A stretch of DNA of 63,613 bases, from assembly GCA_031458695.1 (NCBI GenBank), contig JAVKJW010000013.1:1-63613 (forward strand). The letters are read 5' to 3'. Positions within the stretch are counted from its first letter, which is position 1. Every line of letters begins with the position of its first letter. The position numbers and the translations under genes were made by a program. The DNA is from Candidatus Thermofontivivens primus (GTDB lineage: Bacteria; Sysuimicrobiota; Sysuimicrobiia; Sysuimicrobiales; Thermofontiviventaceae). Positions 60,701-63,613 of this stretch are shown piece by piece. A model generated the notes under the pieces. That model saw only the letters and a list, made by a program, of their open reading frames with translations, did no database searches and was not told the DNA's origin.

Positions 60701-61099
60701 ATGTTTCTCTTTCACCCCTTGACGACGCACTTTCCCATCGCCCTGTGGGTCACGAGCTTCCTCTTCGACATCCTCTCCTGGAGAAGGCGGCACCCTTTGC
60801 ACTCCACAATCGCCCTCTACCTGATTGGGTTAGGACTCCTTGCGGCACCCATGGCCATCGCAACCGCCTGGGTGGATTACCTCCGCCTTCTCCAGGAGGG
60901 AGTTGGGGGTCCCTTCATGAATCTACATTTTGTGCATAGCATTCTTTCCTACGGAACGACTGCGTTCTACTTGGGGAGCTTTCTCCTGAGATGGCGAGCC
61001 TCCCTATCTCCCTCTGCCCAACTGGCGTTGGGGTTAATGGGGGCCCTTCTCATCTCTGCCACGGGGTGGTACGGAGGAGAACTTTTGCGGACGATGTAG
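60701..61099 (+). CDS. DUF2231-like membrane protein
   Basis: HPLTTHFPIAL, four TM segments, C-terminal GxxGGEL. Confidence 0.78.
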   Translation: MFLFHPLTTHFPIALWVTSFLFDILSWRRRHPLHSTIALYLIGLGLLAAPMAIATAWVDYLRLLQEGVGGPFMNLHFVHSILSYGTTAFYLGSFLLRWRASLSPSAQLALGLMGALLISATGWYGGELLRTM

Positions 61100-61145
61100 G
61101 GACGCGCTTCGCAGGGGAGCAGATGGGCTGAGGTGCAGAGGAGCC

Positions 61146-61841
61146 ATGGCGGCAACGATCCTGGTCGTGGATGACGAGCCACCGATTGTTGAGCTCGTCC
61201 GCTACAACCTCCTCCAAGAAGGGTTCGAGGTCATTGCGGCGTACGATGGCCATGAGGCCGTCGAGAAGGTGCGGAGTGGACAGCCCATCGACCTGGTGAT
61301 CCTGGACATCATGCTCCCCTTCATGGACGGCCTGGAAGTCCTGCGTATCCTCCGCAGGGAGTCCCGCATCCCCGTCCTCATCCTCACGGCGAAAGGCGGG
61401 GAGCTCGAGCGAGTCCTCGGGCTGGAGATAGGTGCCGACGACTACGTGACCAAACCGTTCAGCCCTCGCGAGCTCGTGGCCAGGGTGAAAGCGATCCTGA
61501 GACGCACGGGCCCTGCGGAACCAGCCCGACCAGTCGTTCTCCGAGTGGGCGACTTGGTCCTGGACCCTACCACCCGAGAGGTCACCGTGGAAGGGAAACC
61601 ACTGGAGCTGACTACAAAGGAATTCGAGCTCCTTCAGCTGCTGATGAACCACCCGAGGCGCGTCTTCACCAGGGATATGCTCCTGGAGCGGTTGTGGGGA
61701 CCTGACTACTTTGGGAGTTCTCGGACGGTGGACATGCACATCAGCCGGCTCAGGGAGAAACTCGGGGACGATCCCTCAAATCCGCGATACATCGTTACGG
61801 TCCGCGGCGTAGGGTACACGTTGAGGGTGCGGGAGGAGTAA
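61146..61841 (+). CDS. OmpR/PhoB family response regulator
   Basis: VVDDE, LDIMLP, GADDYVTKPFS, RTVDMHI, TVRGVGY. Confidence 0.94.
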   Translation: MAATILVVDDEPPIVELVRYNLLQEGFEVIAAYDGHEAVEKVRSGQPIDLVILDIMLPFMDGLEVLRILRRESRIPVLILTAKGGELERVLGLEIGADDYVTKPFSPRELVARVKAILRRTGPAEPARPVVLRVGDLVLDPTTREVTVEGKPLELTTKEFELLQLLMNHPRRVFTRDMLLERLWGPDYFGSSRTVDMHISRLREKLGDDPSNPRYIVTVRGVGYTLRVREE

Positions 61842-61844
61842 GCT

Positions 61845-63605
61845 GTGCAGAGCATCCGGGCTAAAGTGGTCGTTACCTACCTCTTGCTTGTGGCGATTTC
61901 CCTCACCGTGGCCACGCTCTACCTCCTCCGGGCCCTAGAAGGGCAATATCTCCGTACCTACCAGTACGTGGTCAGCACACAGGCGCGGCTCATCTCCCTG
62001 ATGTTGGGGGAGTATGCCCGCGAGGGGATGGACCCCGGGAAAATGAAGGAACTCGCATCGAATTTCAAGTGGCGTCCTGAGGCAGAGATCACCATTTACG
62101 ACGCCCACGGACGGCGCCTCCACACAGGCACCCAGGAGGCGGTACAAGAAGTCCAGGCCGCTCTCGCCGGGCAAGAACAGCAAGCGGTACGATACGATCC
62201 CAGGTGGGAGGAAGAGCGGGTCTATGCCGCGGTCCCCATCCGCTATGAAGGGAGGGTCGTTGGAGCCGTCCAAGTCTCTGTCCCCAAGGTCTGGGTGCGT
62301 CGACAGCTCCTCCGCCTCGTACCAGCTCTTGCCACCGCAGTGGTCCTTGGCTTGATGGCCTCGTGGTTCGTCGGCTCCCGCCTCTCTCGTGCCGTGACCA
62401 TCCCCATTGAGCGCCTCGCCCTGGCTGCACAGCGTATCGGTGCTGGAAACTACGGCGAGAGAGTAGAGGTCTCCTCCCAGGATGAGATCGGGCGCCTAGC
62501 CAGCGTCTTCAACTCCATGGCAGCCAAACTCAGCGAGACGATCCAGGAGATCTCCGAGGAACGCAACCGGCTCGCCGCGATCATGACCAGCATGACAGAT
62601 GCCCTCATTGCCATCGAACGGGAGGGGAGGATCATCCTGATGAACCGGGCAGCAGAGGAGTTAGTCGGGATCCCCTGGGAAGCTGCGAAAGGCCAGAGGA
62701 TCCGCGATATCCTCGCGAAGACCCTTCCTCCTGGGGGCCACGGGGAGATCCTCTGTGGGATGCTTGAGGAGGCCGGAAAGGGCAACGCAGGAGGAGAAGA
62801 GGTGGTTCTGGGCGAGCGTATCCTGGAGACGCACTGTGCCCCGATCAGGGGACATGAGGAGGAGGTAATCGGGGCAGTGGCCGTCTTCCACGACGTCACA
62901 GAGATCCGCCGGGTCGAGCGGCTGCGCAGGGAGTTCACGGCCAACGTCTCTCATGAATTACGGACCCCTCTGACTTCGATCAAGGGGTTCGTGGAGACCC
63001 TTTTAAATGGCGCAATGGAGGATCCAGTCACCTGCCGGAGGTTCCTCGAGATCATCCAAGGAGAGACGAACCGCCTGGTGAAGCTCACCGAGGACCTTCT
63101 CGACCTCTCCCGCCTCGAGTCGAAGGCAGTAGCCATGGAGTTCTCCACAGTAGATCTGGGGGAGCTGATCCAGGGAACAGTCGACAGGTTCCGGCCTCAG
63201 GCAGAAAAGCTCGGCCTTTTCCTTTCCACGTCCCTCCCCAAAGAACCAGTACAAGTCCGGGCGGACCGGTATCGTGTCGAGCAGGTCCTCACCAACCTCC
63301 TCGATAATGCCTTTAAACACACCCCGTCCGGGGGTCACGTTGAGGTACGGATCTCGAGGACACCGGACCAAGTGGCCATTACTGTCTCTGACACTGGGGT
63401 GGGAATCCCCCCTGCCGACCTTCCGCACATCTTTGAACGGTTCTACCGCGCCGACCGGTCACGCACGCGAGGTTCCGGTGGGAGCGGGCTTGGACTGGCC
63501 ATCGCCAAGCACATCGTGGAAGCACACGGAGGCCGCATCACCGCCAAAAGCAAGCCTCACGAGGGGACGGAGATCACGTTCACCCTCCCCCGGGAAGGTC
63601 CTTAA
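61845..63605 (+). CDS. PhoR/WalK-like sensor histidine kinase (2 TM, HAMP, PAS)
   Basis: ANVSHELRTPLT, NLLDNAFKH, DTGVGI, GSGLGLAI. Confidence 0.94.
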   Translation: MQSIRAKVVVTYLLLVAISLTVATLYLLRALEGQYLRTYQYVVSTQARLISLMLGEYAREGMDPGKMKELASNFKWRPEAEITIYDAHGRRLHTGTQEAVQEVQAALAGQEQQAVRYDPRWEEERVYAAVPIRYEGRVVGAVQVSVPKVWVRRQLLRLVPALATAVVLGLMASWFVGSRLSRAVTIPIERLALAAQRIGAGNYGERVEVSSQDEIGRLASVFNSMAAKLSETIQEISEERNRLAAIMTSMTDALIAIEREGRIILMNRAAEELVGIPWEAAKGQRIRDILAKTLPPGGHGEILCGMLEEAGKGNAGGEEVVLGERILETHCAPIRGHEEEVIGAVAVFHDVTEIRRVERLRREFTANVSHELRTPLTSIKGFVETLLNGAMEDPVTCRRFLEIIQGETNRLVKLTEDLLDLSRLESKAVAMEFSTVDLGELIQGTVDRFRPQAEKLGLFLSTSLPKEPVQVRADRYRVEQVLTNLLDNAFKHTPSGGHVEVRISRTPDQVAITVSDTGVGIPPADLPHIFERFYRADRSRTRGSGGSGLGLAIAKHIVEAHGGRITAKSKPHEGTEITFTLPREGP

Positions 63606-63613
63606 GAACCCAG

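Overview
GC-rich bacterial chromosome segment with Firmicutes-like gene order (inference: a Terrabacteria lineage). Left to right: (1) right end of an IS1634-family element and yjbQ. (2) A long minus-strand housekeeping run: yicC-remA-[archaeal-type cmk in the usual gmk/rpoZ slot]-coaC only-priA-def-fmt-Zn peptidase-rsmB-PASTA kinase-rpe-HDAC-SCP2-ADH-rpsA. (3) HD-GYP and rqcH, then T-box-ileS-dksA/traR-lspA-lgt-like-rluA-pyrR. (4) MarR-ABC exporter, glucan phosphorylase, RsmF-like MTase, smpB-ssrA. (5) An ~11.5 kb tungsten/molybdenum island: mog, three moeA, tupAB, moaC, a MOT1-like transporter and an AOR. The AOR is preceded by a P3-less Moco/Tuco-like RNA with a predicted ON-switch terminator and followed by three MoaD/ThiS-like genes, none ending in a free Gly-Gly. 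(6) A GAF-HK/NarL system, small protein and ABC exporter sharing a palindromic operator. (7) nth and a decaying accessory patch: vapBC, a double-frameshifted MTase, and an IS256 remnant hit by two ~28-bp palindromic micro-insertions with 2-bp duplications. (8) tdh-kbl, a large HprK/PEPCK-like P-loop protein, and an OmpR/PhoR-type system with 11-bp-periodic boxes. No CRISPR, rRNA or tRNA genes were seen. All calls come from motif recognition by eye; no database searches were run.
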